DNA of 20,000 nucleotides from Chiloscyllium plagiosum (lineage: Eukaryota). How positions within the stretch are numbered: position 1 is the first letter of the stretch; each line of letters starts with the position of its first letter. The position numbers and the translations under genes were made by a program. Shown here piece by piece: positions 19,271-20,000 of this stretch. Below the pieces are notes generated by a model. It made no database searches. It was not told the DNA's origin and worked only from the letters and a program-made list of their open reading frames with translations. The stretch covers positions 330,038-350,037 of the forward strand of contig NW_025215381.1 in assembly GCF_004010195.1 (NCBI RefSeq). Reading direction: 5' to 3'.

Positions 19271-20000
19271 TGGTGCAATACCTTAGCAGGGATGACCGTG
19301 GAGGAACAATAGCAGATATTTCTGTGTATAATGCAGATGTTGCAGGATCAGTTCATTCCTAAAAGGAAGAAAGATCCCAGGAGGAGGCATGGGTGGCCGT
19401 GGCTGACGAGGGAAGTAAAGAAACATATAAAGTTAAAAGAGAAAAAGTATAACATAGCTAAGATAAGTGGGAAAACTGAGGACTGGGAAGCTTTTAAAGA
19501 GCAACAGAGGATTACTAAGAAGGAAATACGCAGAGGAAAAATGAGGTACGAAGGTAAACTGGCCAAGAATATTAAGGAGGATAGTAAAAGCTTTTTTAGG
19601 TATGTGCAAGGCAAAAAAATGGTTAGGACAAAAATTGGCCCCTGGAAGACAGAAATAGGGGAATATATTACAGGGAACAAAGAAATGGCAGCGGAATTAA
19701 ATGGGTACTTCAGATCTGTGTTCACTGGGGAAGACACAAGCAATCTCCCTGAGGTAACAGTGGCTGAAGGACCTGAACTTAAGGGAATTTATATTGACCA
19801 GGATTTGGTGTTGGAGAAGCTGTTAGGTCTGAAGGTTGATAAGTCACCGGGGTCTGATGGTCTGCATCCCAGGGTACTGAAGGAGGTGGCTCCGGAAATC
19901 GTGGATGCGTTGGTGATTATTTTCCAGAGTGCAATAGATTCGGGGTCGGTTCCTGAGGATTGGAGGGTGGCAAATGTTATACCACTTTTTAAGAAAGATG
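19271..20000 (+). mobile_element. Young 5'-truncated CR1-type LINE ORF2, continuing beyond the window
   Basis: Single frame WCNTLAGMTVEEQ*QIF...PWLTREVK...SKSFFRYV...YFRSVFT...KSPGSDGLHPRVLKE...PEDWRVANVIPLFKK; only one stop (19310-19312). Confidence 0.93.

Noticed and set aside
19348..19743. 131-aa hydrophobic minus-strand ORF
   Set aside because: Antisense shadow of purine-rich CR1 ORF2.

Overview
Vertebrate genomic DNA, almost certainly a shark (elasmobranch), judged from nine HE1-type SINE copies and abundant CR1/HER1-type LINE fragments. Most of the window is nested retroelement debris. It holds one intact host gene: a two-exon class A GPCR on the + strand (exon 1 CDS 8762-8831, GT-AG intron 8832-11226, exon 2 11227-12143; 328 aa). 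This resembles the GPR139/GPR142-like receptors that are strongly expanded in cartilaginous fishes. The ORF track misses exon 1. Its ~200 bp proximal promoter has a TATA box and a cluster of homeodomain (TAATGA/TAATTG) and O/E(EBF)-like motifs reminiscent of olfactory-receptor promoters, raising the hypothesis of an unrecognised shark chemoreceptor family. Downstream lie an antisense Penelope-like element (GIY-YIG, minimal hammerhead ribozyme motif) and a decayed Gmr1-like Gypsy LTR retrotransposon (5' LTR, tRNA-Pro-like PBS, gag-PR-IN-RT order). The Gypsy abuts an opposite-strand fragment of a related element, and a young CR1 runs off the right edge. Two unusual SINE integration scars are visible: a perfect 67-bp target duplication, and a SINE capped by an inverted copy of nearby DNA. 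All family names come from motif recognition by eye, not database searches.
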